From the NCBI GenBank assembly GCA_964016885.1, contig OZ024744.1, positions 130,200,001 to 130,264,000 of the forward strand: DNA of 64,000 nucleotides. Direction: 5' to 3'. The position numbers and the translations under genes were made by a program. The notes below the pieces were generated by a model. That model was not told the origin of the DNA. It was given only the letters and a program-made list of their open reading frames with translations, and did not search any database. Source of the stretch: Eledone cirrhosa (taxonomy: Eukaryota). This document shows positions 12,281 to 25,400 of the stretch, piece after piece (the stretch's first letter is position 1; the number at the start of each line of letters is the position of its first letter).

Positions 12281-14829
12281 TTAAGTTGCGGGTAATTTAA
12301 GTTGGGGTTAAGTTAAGTTGGGGTTAAGTTAAGTTGGGGTTAAGTTAAGTTGGGTTTAAGTTAAGTTGGGGGTAAGTTAAGTTGGGGGTAAGTTAAGTTG
12401 GGGGTAAGTTAAGTTGGGGTTAAGTTAAGTTGGGGTTAAGTTAAGTTAGGGTTAAGTTAAGTTGGGGTTGAGTTAAGTTGGGGTTAAGTTAAGTTGGGGT
12501 TATGTTAAGTTGGGGTTAAGTTAAGTTGGGGTTAAGTTAAGTTGGGGTTAAGTTAAGTTGCGGTTAAGTTAAGTTGGGGTTAAGTTAAGTTGGGGTTAAG
12601 TTAAGTTGGGATTAAGTTAAGTTGGGGTTAAGATAAGTTGGGGTTAAATTAAGTTGGGGTTAATTTAAGTTGGGGTTAAGTTAAGTCGGGGTTAAGTTGA
12701 GTTGGGGTTAAGTTAAGTTGGGTTAAGTTAAGTTGGGGTTAAGTTAAGTTGGGGTTAAGATAAGTTGGGGTTAAGTTAAGTTGGGGTTGAGTTAAGTTGG
12801 GGTTGAGTTAATTTGGGGTTAACTTAAGTTGGGGTTAACTTAAGTTGGGATTAAGTTAAGTTGGGGTTAAGTTAAGTTGGGGTTAAATTAAGTTCGGGTT
12901 AAGTTAAGTTGGGGTTAAGTTAAGTTGGGGTTAAGTTAAGTTGGGGGTAAGTTAAGTTGGGGTTAATTTAAGTTGGGTCTAATTAAGTTGGGGTTAAGTT
13001 AAGTTTGGGTTAAGTTAAGTTGGGGGTAAGTTAAGTTGGGGGTAAGTTAAGTTGGGGGTAAGTTAAGTTGGGGTTAAATTAAGTTGGGGTTAAGTTAAGT
13101 TGGGGTTAAGTTAAGTTGCGGTTATTTTAAGTTGGGGTTAAGTTAAGTTGGGGTTAAGGTAAGTTGGGGTTAAGTTAAGTTGGGGTTAAGTTAAGTTGGG
13201 GTTAAGTTAAGTTGGGGTTAATTTAAGTTGGGGTTAAGTTAAGTTGGGGTTAATTTAAGTTGGGGTTGAGTTAAGTTGGGGGTAAGTTAAGTTGGGGTTA
13301 TGTTAAGTTGGGGTTAAGTTAAGTTGGGGTTCAGTTAAGTTGGGGTTAAATTATGTTGGGGTTAAGTTAAGTTGGGGTTAAGTTAAGTTGGGGTTAAGTT
13401 AATTTGGGGTTACGTTAAGTTAGGTTTAAGTTAAGTTGGGGTTGAGTTAAGTTGGGGGTAAGTTAAGTTGGGGTTATGTTAAGTTGGGGTTAAGTTAAGT
13501 TGGGGTTCAGTTAAGTTGCGGTTAAGTTAAGTTGGGGTTAAGTTAAGTTGGGGTTAAGTTAAGTTGGGGTTAAGTTAAGTTGGGGTTAATTTAAGTTGGG
13601 TTTAAGTTAAGTTGGGGTTAAGTTAAGTTGGGGTGAAGTTAATTTGTGGTTAAGTTAAGTTGGGGTTAAGTTCAGTTGGGGTTAAGTTCAGTCGGGGTTA
13701 AGTTAAGTCGGGGTTAAGTTAAGTTGGGGTTAAGTTAAGTTGGGGTTAAGTTAAGTTGGGGTTATGTTAAGTTGGGGTTAAGTTAAGTTGGGGTTAAGTT
13801 AAGTTGGGGTTAAGTTAAGTTGCGGTTAAGTTAAGTTGGGGTTAAGTTAAGTTGGGGTTAAGTTAAGTTGGGATTAAATTAAGTTGGGGTTATGTTAAGT
13901 TGGGGTTAAGTTAAGTTGGGGTTAAGTTAAGTTGGGGTTCAATTAAGTTGCGGTTAATTTAAGTTGGGGTTAAGTTAAGTTGGGGTTAAGGTAAGTTGGG
14001 GTTAAGTAAAGTTGGGGTTAAGTTAAGTTGGGGTTAATTTAAGTTGGGGTTAAGTTAAGTTGGGGTTAATTTAAGTTGGGGTTAAGTTAAGTTGGGGTTA
14101 AGTTAAGTTGGGGTTAAATTAATTTGGGGTTAAGTTAAGTTGGGGTTAAGTTAAGTTGGGGTTAAGTTAATTTGGGGTTAAGTTAAGTTAGGGTTAAGTT
14201 AAGTTGGGGTTGAGTTAAGTTGGGGGTAAGTTAAGTTGGGGTTATGTTAAGTTGGGGTTAAGTTAAGTTGGGGTTCAGTTAAGTTGCGGTTAAGTTAAGT
14301 TGGGGTTAAGTTAAGTTGGCTTTAAGTTAAGTTGGGGTTAAGTTAAGTTGGGGTTAAGTTAAGTTGGGTTTAAGTTAAGTTGGGGTTAAGTTAAGTTGGG
14401 GTTAAGTTAATTTGTGGTTAAGTTAAGTTGGGGTTAAGTTAAGTTGGGGTTAAGTTCAGTCGGGGTTAAGTTAAGTCGGGGTTAAGTTAAGTTGGGGTTA
14501 AGTTAAGTTGGGGTTAAGATAAGTTGGGGTTAAGTTAAGTTGGGGTTGAGTTAAGTTGGGGTTGAGTTAATTTGGGGTTGAGTTAAGTTGGGGTTAAGTT
14601 AAGTTGGGGTTATGTTAAGTTGGGGTTAAGTTAAGTTGGGGTTAAGTTAAGTTGGGGTTAAGTTAAGTTGCGGTTAAGTTAAGTTGGGGTTAAGTTAAGT
14701 TGGGGTTAAGTTAAGTTGGGATTAAATTAAGTTGGGGTTAATTTAAGTAGGGGTTAAGTTAAGTTGGGGTTAAGTTAGATTGTTGTTAAGTTAAGTTGGG
14801 GTTAAGTTAAGTTGGGATTAAGTTAAGTT

Positions 14830-17800
14830 GGGGTTAATTTAAGTTGGGGTTAAGTTAAGTTGGGGTCGAGTTAATTTGGGGTTAACTTAAGTTGGGGTTA
14901 ACTTAAGTCGGGATTAAGTTATGTGGGGGTTAAGTTAAGTTGGGGTTAAATTAAGTTCGGGTTAAGTTAAGTTGGGGTTAAGTTAAGTTGGGGTTAAGTT
15001 AAGTTGGGGTTAAGTTAGGTTGGGGTTAAGTTAAGTTGGGGGTAAGTTAAATTGGGGGTAAGTTAAGTTGGGGTTAATTTAAGTTGGGTCTAATTAAGTT
15101 GGGGTTAAGTTAAGTTGGGGTTAAGTTAAGTTGGGGTTAAGTTAAGTTGGGGTTAAGTTAAGTTGGGGTTAAATTAAGTTGGGGTTAAGTTAAGTTGGGG
15201 TTAAGTTAAGTTGCGGTTAAGTTAAGTTGGGGTTAAGTTAAGTTGGGGTTAAGTTAAGTTGGGGGTAAGGTAAGTTGGTGGTTAAGTTAAGTTGGGGGTA
15301 AGTTAAGATGGGGTTAAGTTAAGTTGGGGTTAATTTAATTTGGGGTTAAATTAAGTTAGGGTTAAGTTAAGTTAGGGTTGAGTTAAGTTGGGGTTAAGTT
15401 AAGTTGGGGTTATGTTAAGTTGGGGTTAAGTTAAGTTGGGGTTAAGTTAAGTTGGGGTTAAGTTAAGTTGGGGTTAATTTAAGTTGGGGTTAAGTTAAGT
15501 TGGGGTTAATTTAAGTTGGGGTTAAGTTAAGTTGGGGTTAAGTTAAGTTGGGGTTAAATTAAGTTGGGGTTAAGTTAAGTTGGGGTTAAGTTAAGTTGGG
15601 GTTAAGTTAATTTGGGGTTAAGTTAAGTTAGGGTTAAGTTAAGTTGGGGTTGAGTTAAGTTGGGGGTAAGTTAAGTTGGGGTTATGTTAAGTTGGGGTTA
15701 AGTTAAGTTGGGGTTCAGTGAAGTTGCGGTTAAGTTAAGTTGGGGTTAAGTTAAGTTGGGATTAAGTTAAGTTGGGGTTAAGATAAGTTGGGGTTAAATT
15801 AAGTTGGGGTTAATTTAAGTTGGGGTTAAGTTAAGTCGGGGTTAAGTTGAGTTGGGGTTAAGTTAAGTTGGGTTAGTTAAGTTGGGGTTAAGTTAAGTTG
15901 GGGTTAAGATAAGTTGGGGTTAAGTTAAGTTGGGGTTGAGTTAAGTTGGGGTTTAGTTAATTTGGGGTTAACTTAAGTTGGGGTTAACTTAAGTTGGGAT
16001 TAATTTAAGTTGGGGTTAAGTTAAGTTGGGGTTAAATTAAGTTCGGGTTAAGTTAAGTTGGGGTTAAGTTAAGTTGGGGTTAAGTTAAGTTGGGGGTAAG
16101 TTAAGTTGGGGTTAATTTAAGTTGGGTCTAATTAAGTTTGGGTTAAGTTAAGTTTGGGTTAAGTTAAGTTGGGGGTAAGTTAAGTTGGGGGTAAGTTAAG
16201 TTGGGGGTAAGTTAAGTTGGGGTTAATTTAAGTTGGGTCTAATTAAGTTGGGGTTAAGTTAAGTTGGGGTTAAGTTAAGTTGGGGTTAAGTTAAGTTGGG
16301 GTTAAATTAAGTTGGGGTTAATTTAAGTTGGGGTTAAGTTAAGTTGCGGTTATTTTAAGTTGGGGTTAAGTTAAGTTGGGGTTAAGGTAAGTTGGGGTTA
16401 AGTTAAGTTGGGGTTAAGTTAAGTTGGGGTTAAGTTAAGTTGGGGTTAAGTTAAGTTGGGGTTAAGTTAAGTTGGGGTTAAGTTAAGTTGGGGTTAAGTT
16501 AAGTTGGGGTTAAATTATGTTGGGGTTAAGTTAAGTTGGGGTTAAGTTAAGTTGGGGTTAAGTTAATTTGGGGTTAAGTTAAGTTAGGGTTAAGTTAAGT
16601 TGGGGTTGAGTTAAGTTGGGGGTAAGTTAAGTTGGGGTTATGTTAAGTTGGGGTTAAGTTAAGTTGGGGTTATGTTAAGTTGGGGTTAAGTTAAGTTGGG
16701 GCTAAGTTAAGTTGGGTCTAAGTTAAGTTGGGGTTAAGTTAAGTTGGGGTTAATTTAAGTTGGGGTTACGTTAAGTTGGGGTCGAGTTAATTTGGGGTTA
16801 ACTTAAGTTGGGGTTAACTTAAGTCGGGATTAAGTTATGTGGGGGTTAAGTTAAGTTGGGGTTAAATTAAGTTCGGGTTAAGTTAAGTTGGGGTTAAGTT
16901 AAGTTGGGGTTAAGTTAAGTTGGGGTTAAGTTAGGTTGGGGTTAAGTTAAGTTGGGGGTAAGTTAAGTTGGGGGTAAGTTAAGTTGGGGTTAATTTAAGT
17001 TGGGTCTAATTAAGTTGGGGTTAAGTTAAGTTGGGGTTAAGTTAAGTTGGGGTTAAGTTAAGTTGGGGTTAAGTTAAGTTGGGGTTAAATTAAGTTGGGG
17101 TTAAGTTAAGTTGGGGTTAAGTTAAGTTGCGGTTAAGTTAAGTTGGGGTTAAGTTAAGTTGGGGTTAAGTTAAGTTGGGGGTAAGGTAAGTTGGTGGTTA
17201 AGTTAAGTTGGGGGTAAGTTAAGATGGGGTTAAGTTAAGTTGGGGTTAATTTAATTTGGGGTTAAATTAAGTTAGGGTTAAGTTAAGTTAGGGTTGACTT
17301 AAGTTGGGGTTAAGTTAAGTTGGGGTTATGTTAAGTTGGGGTTAAGTTAAGTTGGGGTTAAGTTAAGTTGGGGTTAAGTTAAGTTGGGGTTAATTTAAGT
17401 TGGGGTTAAGTTAAGTTGGGGTTAATTTAAGTTGGGGTTAAGTTAAGTTGGGGTTAAGTTAAGTTGGGGTTAAATTAAGTTGGGGTTAAGTTAAGTTGGG
17501 GTTAAGTTAAGTTGGGGTTAAGTTAATTTGGAGTTAAGTTAAGTTAGGGTTAAGTTAAGTTGGGGTTGAGTTAAGTTGGGGGTAAGTTAAGTTGGGGTTA
17601 TGTTAAGTTGGGGTTAAGTTAAGTTGGGGTTCAGTGAAGTTGCGGTTAAGTTAAGTTGGGGTTAAGTTAAGTTGGGATTAAGTTAAGTTGGGGTTAAGAT
17701 AAGTTGGGGCTAAATTAAGTTGGGGTTAATTTAAGTTGGGGTTAAGTTAAGTCGGGGTTAAGTTGAGTTGGGGTTAAGTTAAGTTGGGTTAGTTAAGTTG

Positions 17801-18640
17801 GGGTTAAGTTAAGTTGGGGTTAAGATAAGTTGGGGTTAAGTTAAGTTGGGGTTGAGTTAAGTTGGGGTTGAGTTAATTTGGGGTTAACTTAAGTTGGGGT
17901 TAACTTAAGTTGGGATTAATTTAAGTTGGGGTTAAGTTAAGTTGGGGTTAAATTAAGTTCGGGTTAAGTTAAGTTGGGGTTAAGTTAAGTTGGGGTTAAG
18001 TTAAGTTGGGGGTAAGTTAAGTTGGGGTTAATTTAAGTTGGGTCTAATTAAGTTTGGGTTAAGTTAAGTTTGGGTTAAGTTAAGTTGGGGGTAAGTTAAG
18101 TTGGGGGTAAGTTAAGTTGGGGGTAAGTTAAGTTGGGGTTAATTTAAGTTGGGTCTAATTAAGTTGGGGTTAAGTTAAGTTGGGGTTAAGTTAAGTTGGG
18201 GTTAAGTTAAGTTGGGGTTAAATTAAGTTGGGGTTAATTTAAGTTGGGGTTAAGTTAAGTTGCGGTTATTTTAAGTTGGGGTTAAGTTAAGTTGGGGTTA
18301 AGGTAAGTTGGGGTTAAGTTAAGTTGGGGTTAAGTTAAGTTGGGGTTAAGTTAAGTTGGGGTTAAGTTAAGTTGGGGTTAATTTAAGTTGGGGTTAAGTT
18401 AAGTTGGGGTTAAATTATGTTGGGGTTAAGTTAAGTTGGGGTTAAGTTAAGTTGGGGTTAAGTTAATTTGGGGTTAAGTTAAGTTAGGGTTAAGTTAAGT
18501 TGGGGTTGAGTTAAGTTGGGGGTAAGTTAAGTTGGGGTTATGTTAAGTTGGGGTTAAGTTAAGTTGGGGTTATGTTAAGTTGGGGTTAAGTTAAGTTGGG
18601 GCTAAGTTAAGTTGGGTCTAAGTTAAGTTGGGGTTAAGTT
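14830..18640 (+). repeat. Tandem duplication, period 1916 bp (2 copies; same unit as at window start)
   Basis: gtcgag 14867/16783; ttcagtg 15716/17632. Confidence 0.88.
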
Positions 18641-21600
18641 AAGTTGGGGTTAAGTTAAGTTAGGGTTAATTTAAGTTGGGGTTATGTTAAGTTGGGGTTA
18701 AGTTAAGTTGGGGTTAAGTTAGGTTGGTGTTAAGTTAAGTTGGGGGTAAGTTAAGTTGGGGGTAAGTTAAGTTGGTGTTAAGTTAAGTTGGGGTTAAGTT
18801 AAGTTGGGGTTAAGTTAAGTTGGGTTTAAGTTAAGTTGGGGCTAAGTTAAGTTAGGGCTAAGTTAAGTTGGGGCTGCGTTAAGTTGGGGTTAAATTAAGT
18901 TGGGGTTAAGTTAAGTTGGGGGTAAGATAAGTTGGGGTTAGTTAAGTTGCGGTTAAGTTAAGTTGGGGTTAAGTTAAGTTGGGGTTAAGTTGATTTGGGG
19001 TAAAGTTAAGTTGGGGTTAAGTTAAGTTGGGGTTAATTTAAGTTGGGGTTAAGTTAAGTTGGGGTTAATTTAAGTTGGGGTTAATTTAAGTTGGGGTTAA
19101 GTTAAGTTGGGGTTAAGTTAAGTTGGGGTTAAGTTAAGTTGGGGGTAAGTTAAGTTGGGGTTAAGTTAAGTTGGGGTTAAGTTGGGGTTAAGTTAAGTTA
19201 GGGTTAACTTAAGTTGGGGTTAAGTTAAGTGGTGGTTATGTTAAGTGGTGGTTATGTTAACTTGGGGTTAAGTTAAGTTGGGGTTAAGTTAAATTGGGGT
19301 TAAGTTAAGTTGCGGTTAAGTTAAGTTGGGGTTAAGTTAAGTTGGGGTTAAGTTAATTAGGGTTAAGTTAAGTTGGGGTTAAGTTAAGTTGGGGTTAAGT
19401 TAAGTTGCGGTTAAGTTAAGTTGGCGTTAAGTTAAGTTGGGGTTAAGTTAAGTTGGGATTAAGTTAAGTTGGGGTTAAGTTAAGTTGGGGTTAAGTTAGA
19501 TTGTTGTTAAGTTAAGTTGGGGTTAAGTTAAGTTGGGGTTAATTTAAGTTGGGGTTAAGTTAAGTCGGGGTTAAGTTCAGTTGGGGTTAGGTTAAGTTGG
19601 GGTTAAGTTAAGTTGGGGTTAAGTTAAGTTGGGGTTAAGATAAGTTGGGGTTAAGTTAAGTTGGGGTTGAGTTAATTTGGGGTTAACTTAAGTTGGGGTT
19701 AACTTAAGTCGGGATTAAGTTAAGTGGGGGTTAATTTAAGTTGGGGTTAAATTAAGTTCGGGTTAAGTTAAGTTGGGGTTAAGTTAAGTTGGGGTTAAGT
19801 TAGGTTGGGGTTAAGTTAAGTTGGGGGTAATTTAAGTTGGGGGTAAGTTCAGTTGGGGTTAAGTTAAGTTGGGGTTGAGTTAAGTTGGGGCTAAGTTAAG
19901 TTAGGGTTATGTTAAGTTGGGGTTAATTTAAGTTGGGGTTAAATTAAGTTGGGGTTCAATTAAGTTGCGGTTAATTTAAGTTGGGGTTAAGTTAAGTTGG
20001 GGTTAAGTTAAGTTGGGGTTAAGTTAAGTTGGGGTTAAGTTAAGTTGGGGTTAAGTTAAGTTGGGGTTAATTTAAGTTGGGGTTAAATTAAGTTGGGGTT
20101 AAGTTAAGTTGGGGTTAAGTTAAGTTGGGGTTAAGTTAAGTAGGGGTTAAGTTAAGTTGGGGTTAAGTTAAGTTGGGGTTAAGTTAAGTTGGGGTTAAGT
20201 TAATTTGTGGTTAAGTTAAGTTGGGGTTAAGTTAAGTTGGGGTTAAGTTCAGTCGGGGTTAAGTTAAGTCGGGGTTAAGTTAAGTTGGGGTTGAGTTAAG
20301 TTGCGGTTAAGTTAAGTTGGGGTTAAGATAAGTTGGGGTTAAGTTAAGTTGGGATTGAGTTAAGTTGGGGTTGAGTTAATTTGGGGTTAAGTTAAGTTGG
20401 AGTTAACTTAAGTTGGGTTTAAGTTAAGTTGGGGTTAAGTTAAGTTGGGGTTAAATTAAGTTGGGGTTAAGTTAAGTTGGGGGTAAGATAAGTTGGGGTT
20501 AGTTAAGTTGCGGTTAAGTTAAGTTGGGGTTAAGTTAAGTTGGGGTTAAGTTAAGTTGGGGTAAAGTTAAGTTGGGGGTAAGTTAAGTTGGGGGTAAGTT
20601 AAGTTGGGGGTAAGTTAAGTTGGGGTTAATTTAAGTCAGGTCTAATTAAGTTGGGGTTAAGTTAAGTTGGGGTTAAATTAAGTTGGGGTTAAGTTAAGTT
20701 GGGGTTAAGTTAAGTTGGGGTTAAGTTAAGTTGCGGTTAAGTTAAGTTGAGGTTAAGTTAAGTAGGGGTTAAATTATGTTGGGGTTAAGTTAAGTTCGGG
20801 TTAAGTTAAGTTGGGGTTAAGTTGAGTTGGGGATAAGTTAAGTTGGGGATAAGTTAAGTTGGGGTTAAGTTAAGTTGGGTTTAAGTTAAGTTTGGGTTAA
20901 GTTAAGTTGGGGTTAAGTTAAGTTGGGGTTAAGTTAAGTTGGTTAGTTAAGTTGAGTTTAAGTTAAGTTGGGGTTAATTTAAGTTGGGGTTAAGTTAAGT
21001 TGGGGTTAAGTTAAGTTGGGGTTAAGTTAAGTTGGGGTTAAGTTAAGTTGCGGTTAAGTTAAGTTGAGGTTAAGTTAAGTTGGGGTTAAGTTAAGTTGGG
21101 GTTAAGTTAAGTTGGGGCTAAGTTAAGTTGGGGCTAAGTTAAGTTGGGGCTAAGTTAAGTTGGGGTTAAGTTAACTTTGGGTTAAGTTAATTTGGGTTTG
21201 AGTTAAGTTGGGGTTAATTAAGTTGGGGTTAAGTTAAGTTGGGGTTAAGTTAAGTTGGGGTTAAGTTAAGTTGGGGTTAAGTTAAGTTGCGGTTAAGTTA
21301 AGTTGATGTTAAGTTAAGTTGATGTTAAGTTAAGTTGGGGTTAAGTTAAGTCGGGGTTAAGTTAAGGTGGGGTTAAGTTAAGTTGGGGTCAACTAAAGTT
21401 GGGGTTAAGTTAAGTTGGGGTTAAATTAAGTTGGGGTTAAGTTGGGGTTAAATTAAGTTGGGGTTAAGTTAAGTTGGGGTTAAGTTAAATGGGGTTAAGT
21501 TAAGTTGCGGGTAATTTAAGTTGGGGTTAAGTTAAGTTGGGGTTAAGTTAAGTTGGGTTTAAGTTAAGTTGGAGCTGAGTTAAGTTAGGGCTAAGTTAAG

Positions 21601-22498
21601 TTGGAGTTAAGTAAAGTTAGGGCTAAGTTAAGTTGGGGTTAAGTTAAGTTGGGGTTAATTTAAGTTGGGGTTACATTAAGATGAGGTTAAGTTAAGTTGG
21701 TGTTAAGTTAAGTTGGGGTTAATTTAAGTTGGGGTTAATTAAGTTGGGGTTAAGTTAAGTTGGGGTTAAGTTAAGTTGGGGTTAATTTCAGTTGGGGTTG
21801 AGTTAAGTTGGGGTTAAGTTTAGTTGGGGTTAAGTTAAGTTGGGGTTGAGTTAAGTTGGGGTTAAGTTAAGTTGGGGCTAAGTTAAGTTCGGGTTAAGTT
21901 AAGTTGGTGTTAAGTTAAGTTGGGGTTAAATTAAGTTGGGGCTAAGTTAAGTTGGGTCTAAGTTAAGTTGGGGTTAAGTTAAGTTGGGGTTAAGTTAAGT
22001 TAGGGTTAAGTTAGGTTGGTGTTAAGTTAAGTTGGGGGTAAGTTAAGTTGGGGGTAAGTTAAGTTGGTGTTAAGTTAAGTTGGGGTTAAGTTAAGTTGGG
22101 GTTAAGTTAAGTTGGGTTTAAGTTAAGTTGGGGCTAAGTTAAGTTAGGGCTAAGTTAAGTTGGGGCTGAGTTAAGTTGGGGTTAAATTAAGTTGGGGCTA
22201 AGTTAAGTTGGGGGTAAGATAAGTTGGGGTTAGTTAAGTTGCGGTTAAGTTAAGTTGGGGTTAAGTTAAGTTGGGGTTAAGTTGAGTTGGGGTAAAGTTA
22301 AGTTGGGGTTAAGTTAAGTTGGGGTTAATTTAAGTTGGGGTTAAGTTAAGTTGGGGTTAATTTAAGTTGGGGTTAATTTAAGTTGGGGTTAAGTTAAGTT
22401 GGGGTTAAGTTAAGTTGGGGTTAAGTTAAGTTGGGGGTAAGTTAAGTTGGGGTTAAGTTAAGTTGGGGTTAAGTTGGGGTTAAGTTAAGTTAGGGTTA
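15571..22498 (+). repeat. Second copy of the 1-6945 segment
   Basis: Collinear rare variants at offset 15,570, then 15,554 after a one-monomer loss. Confidence 0.9.
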
Positions 22499-25400
22499 AT
22501 TTAAGTTGGGGTTAATTATAGTTGGGGTTGAGTTAAGTTGGGGTTAAGTTAAGTTGGGGTTAAGTTAAATTCGGGTTAAGTTAAGTTGGTGTTAAGTTAA
22601 GTTGGGGTTAAGTTAAGTTGGGGCTAAGTTAAGTTGGGGTTAAGTTAAGTTGGGGTTAAGTTAAGTTAGGGTTAATTTAAGTTGGGGTTATGTTAAGTTG
22701 GGGTTAAGTTAAGTTGGGGTTAAGTTAAGTTGGGGCTAAGTTAAGTTGGGGTTTAGTTAAGTTGGGGTTAAGTTAAGGTGGGGTTAAGTTAAGTTGGGGT
22801 CAACTAAAGTTGGGGTTAAGTTAAGTTGGGGTTAATTTAAGTTGGGGTTAAGTTAAGTTGGGGTTAAGTTGGGGTTAAATTAAGTTGGGGTTAAGTTAAG
22901 TTGGGGTTAAGTTAAATGGGGTTAAGTTAAGTTGCGGGTAATTTAAGTTGGGGTTAAGTTGGGGTTAAGTTAAGTTGGGGTTAAGTTAAGTTGGGGTTAA
23001 GTTAAGTTAGGGTTAAGTTAAGTTGGGGTTGAGTTAAGTTGGGGTTAAGTTAAGTTGGGGTTATGTTAAGTTGGGGTTAAGTTAAGTTGGGGTTAAGTTA
23101 AGTTGGGGTTAAGTTAAGTTGCGGTTAAGTTAAGTGTGGGTTAAATTAAGTTGGGGTTAAGTTAAGTTGGGATTAAGTTAAGTTGGGGTTAAGTTAAGTT
23201 GGGGTTAAGTTAAGTTGGGGTTAAGTTAGATTGTTGTTAAGTTAAGTTGGGGTTAAGTTAAGTTGGGGTTAATTTAAGTTGGGGTTAATTTAAGTTGGGT
23301 CTAATTAAGTTGGGGTTAAGTTAAGTTGGGGTTAAGTTAAGTTGGGGTTAAGTTAAGTTGGGGTTAAGTTAAGTTGGGGTTAAGTTAAGTTGGGTTTACG
23401 TTAAGTTGGGGGTAAGTTAAGTTGGGGTTAAATTAAGTTGGGGTTAAGTTAAGTTGGGGTTATGTTAAGTTGGTGTTAAGTTAAGTTGGGGTTAAGTTAA
23501 GTTGGGGTTATGTTAAGTTGGGGTTAAGTTAAGTTGGGGCTAAGTTAAGTTGGGTCTAAGTTAAGTTGGGGTTAAGTTAAGTTGGGGTTAAGTTAAGTTA
23601 GGGTTAATTTAAGTTGGGGTTATGTTAAGTTGGGGTTAAGTTAAGTTGGGGTTAAGTTAGGTTGGTGTTAAGTTAAGTTGGGGGTAAGTTAAGTTGGGGG
23701 TAAGTTAAGTTGGTGTTAAGTTAAGTTGGGGTTAAGTTAAGTTGGGGTTAAGTTAAGTTGGGTTTAAGTTAAGTTGGGGCTAAGTTAAGTTAGGGCTAAG
23801 TTAAGTTGGGGCTGCGTTAAGTTGGGGTTAAATTAAGTTGGGGTTAAGTTAAGTTGGGGGTAAGATAAGTTGGGGTTAGTTAAGTTGCGGTTAAGTTAAG
23901 TTGGGGTTAAGTTAAGTTGGGGTTAAGTTGATTTGGGGTAAAGTTAAGTTGGGGTTAAGTTAAGTTGGGGTTAATTTAAGTTGGGGTTAAGTTAAGTTGG
24001 GGTTAATTTAAGTTGGGGTTAATTTAAGTTGGGGTTAAGTTAAGTTGGGGTTAAGTTAAGTTGGGGTTAAGTTAAGTTGGGGGTAAGTTAAGTTGGGGTT
24101 AAGTTAAGTTGGGGTTAAGTTGGGGTTAAGTTAAGTTAGGGTTAACTTAAGTTGGGGTTAAGTTAAGTGGTGGTTATGTTAAGTGGTGGTTATGTTAACT
24201 TGGGGTTAAGTTAAGTTGGGGTTAAGTTAAATTGGGGTTAAGTTAAGTTGCGGTTAAGTTAAGTTGGGGTTAAGTTAAGTTGGGGTTAAGTTAATTAGGG
24301 TTAAGTTAAGTTGGGGTTAAGTTAAGTTGGGGTTAAGTTAAGTTGCGGTTAAGTTAAGTTGGCGTTAAGTTAAGTTGGGGTTAAGTTAAGTTGGGATTAA
24401 GTTAAGTTGGGGTTAAGTTAAGTTGGGGTTAAGTTAGATTGTTGTTAAGTTAAGTTGGGGTTAAGTTAAGTTGGGGTTAATTTAAGTTGGGGTTAAGTTA
24501 AGTCGGGGTTAAGTTCAGTTGGGGTTAGGTTAAGTTGGGGTTAAGTTAAGTTGGGGTTAAGTTAAGTTGGGGTTAAGATAAGTTGGGGTTAAGTTAAGTT
24601 GGGGTTGAGTTAATTTGGGGTTAACTTAAGTTGGGGTTAACTTAAGTCGGGATTAAGTTAAGTGGGGGTTAATTTAAGTTGGGGTTAAATTAAGTTCGGG
24701 TTAAGTTAAGTTGGGGTTAAGTTAAGTTGGGGTTAAGTTAGGTTGGGGTTAAGTTAAGTTGGGGGTAATTTAAGTTGGGGGTAAGTTCAGTTGGGGTTAA
24801 GTTAAGTTGGGGTTGAGTTAAGTTGGGGCTAAGTTAAGTTAGGGTTATGTTAAGTTGGGGTTAATTTAAGTTGGGGTTAAATTAAGTTGGGGTTCAATTA
24901 AGTTGCGGTTAATTTAAGTTGGGGTTAAGTTAAGTTGGGGTTAAGTTAAGTTGGGGTTAAGTTAAGTTGGGGTTAAGTTAAGTTGGGGTTAAGTTAAGTT
25001 GGGGTTAATTTAAGTTGGGGTTAAATTAAGTTGGGGTTAAGTTAAGTTGGGGTTAAGTTAAGTTGGGGTTAAGTTAAGTAGGGGTTAAGTTAAGTTGGGG
25101 TTAAGTTAAGTTGGGGTTAAGTTAAGTTGGGGTTAAGTTAATTTGTGGTTAAGTTAAGTTGGGGTTAAGTTAAGTTGGGGTTAAGTTCAGTCGGGGTTAA
25201 GTTAAGTCGGGGTTAAGTTAAGTTGGGGTTGAGTTAAGTTGCGGTTAAGTTAAGTTGGGGTTAAGATAAGTTGGGGTTAAGTTAAGTTGGGATTGAGTTA
25301 AGTTGGGGTTGAGTTAATTTGGGGTTAAGTTAAGTTGGAGTTAACTTAAGTTGGGTTTAAGTTAAGTTGGGGTTAAGTTAAGTTGGGGTTAAATTAAGTT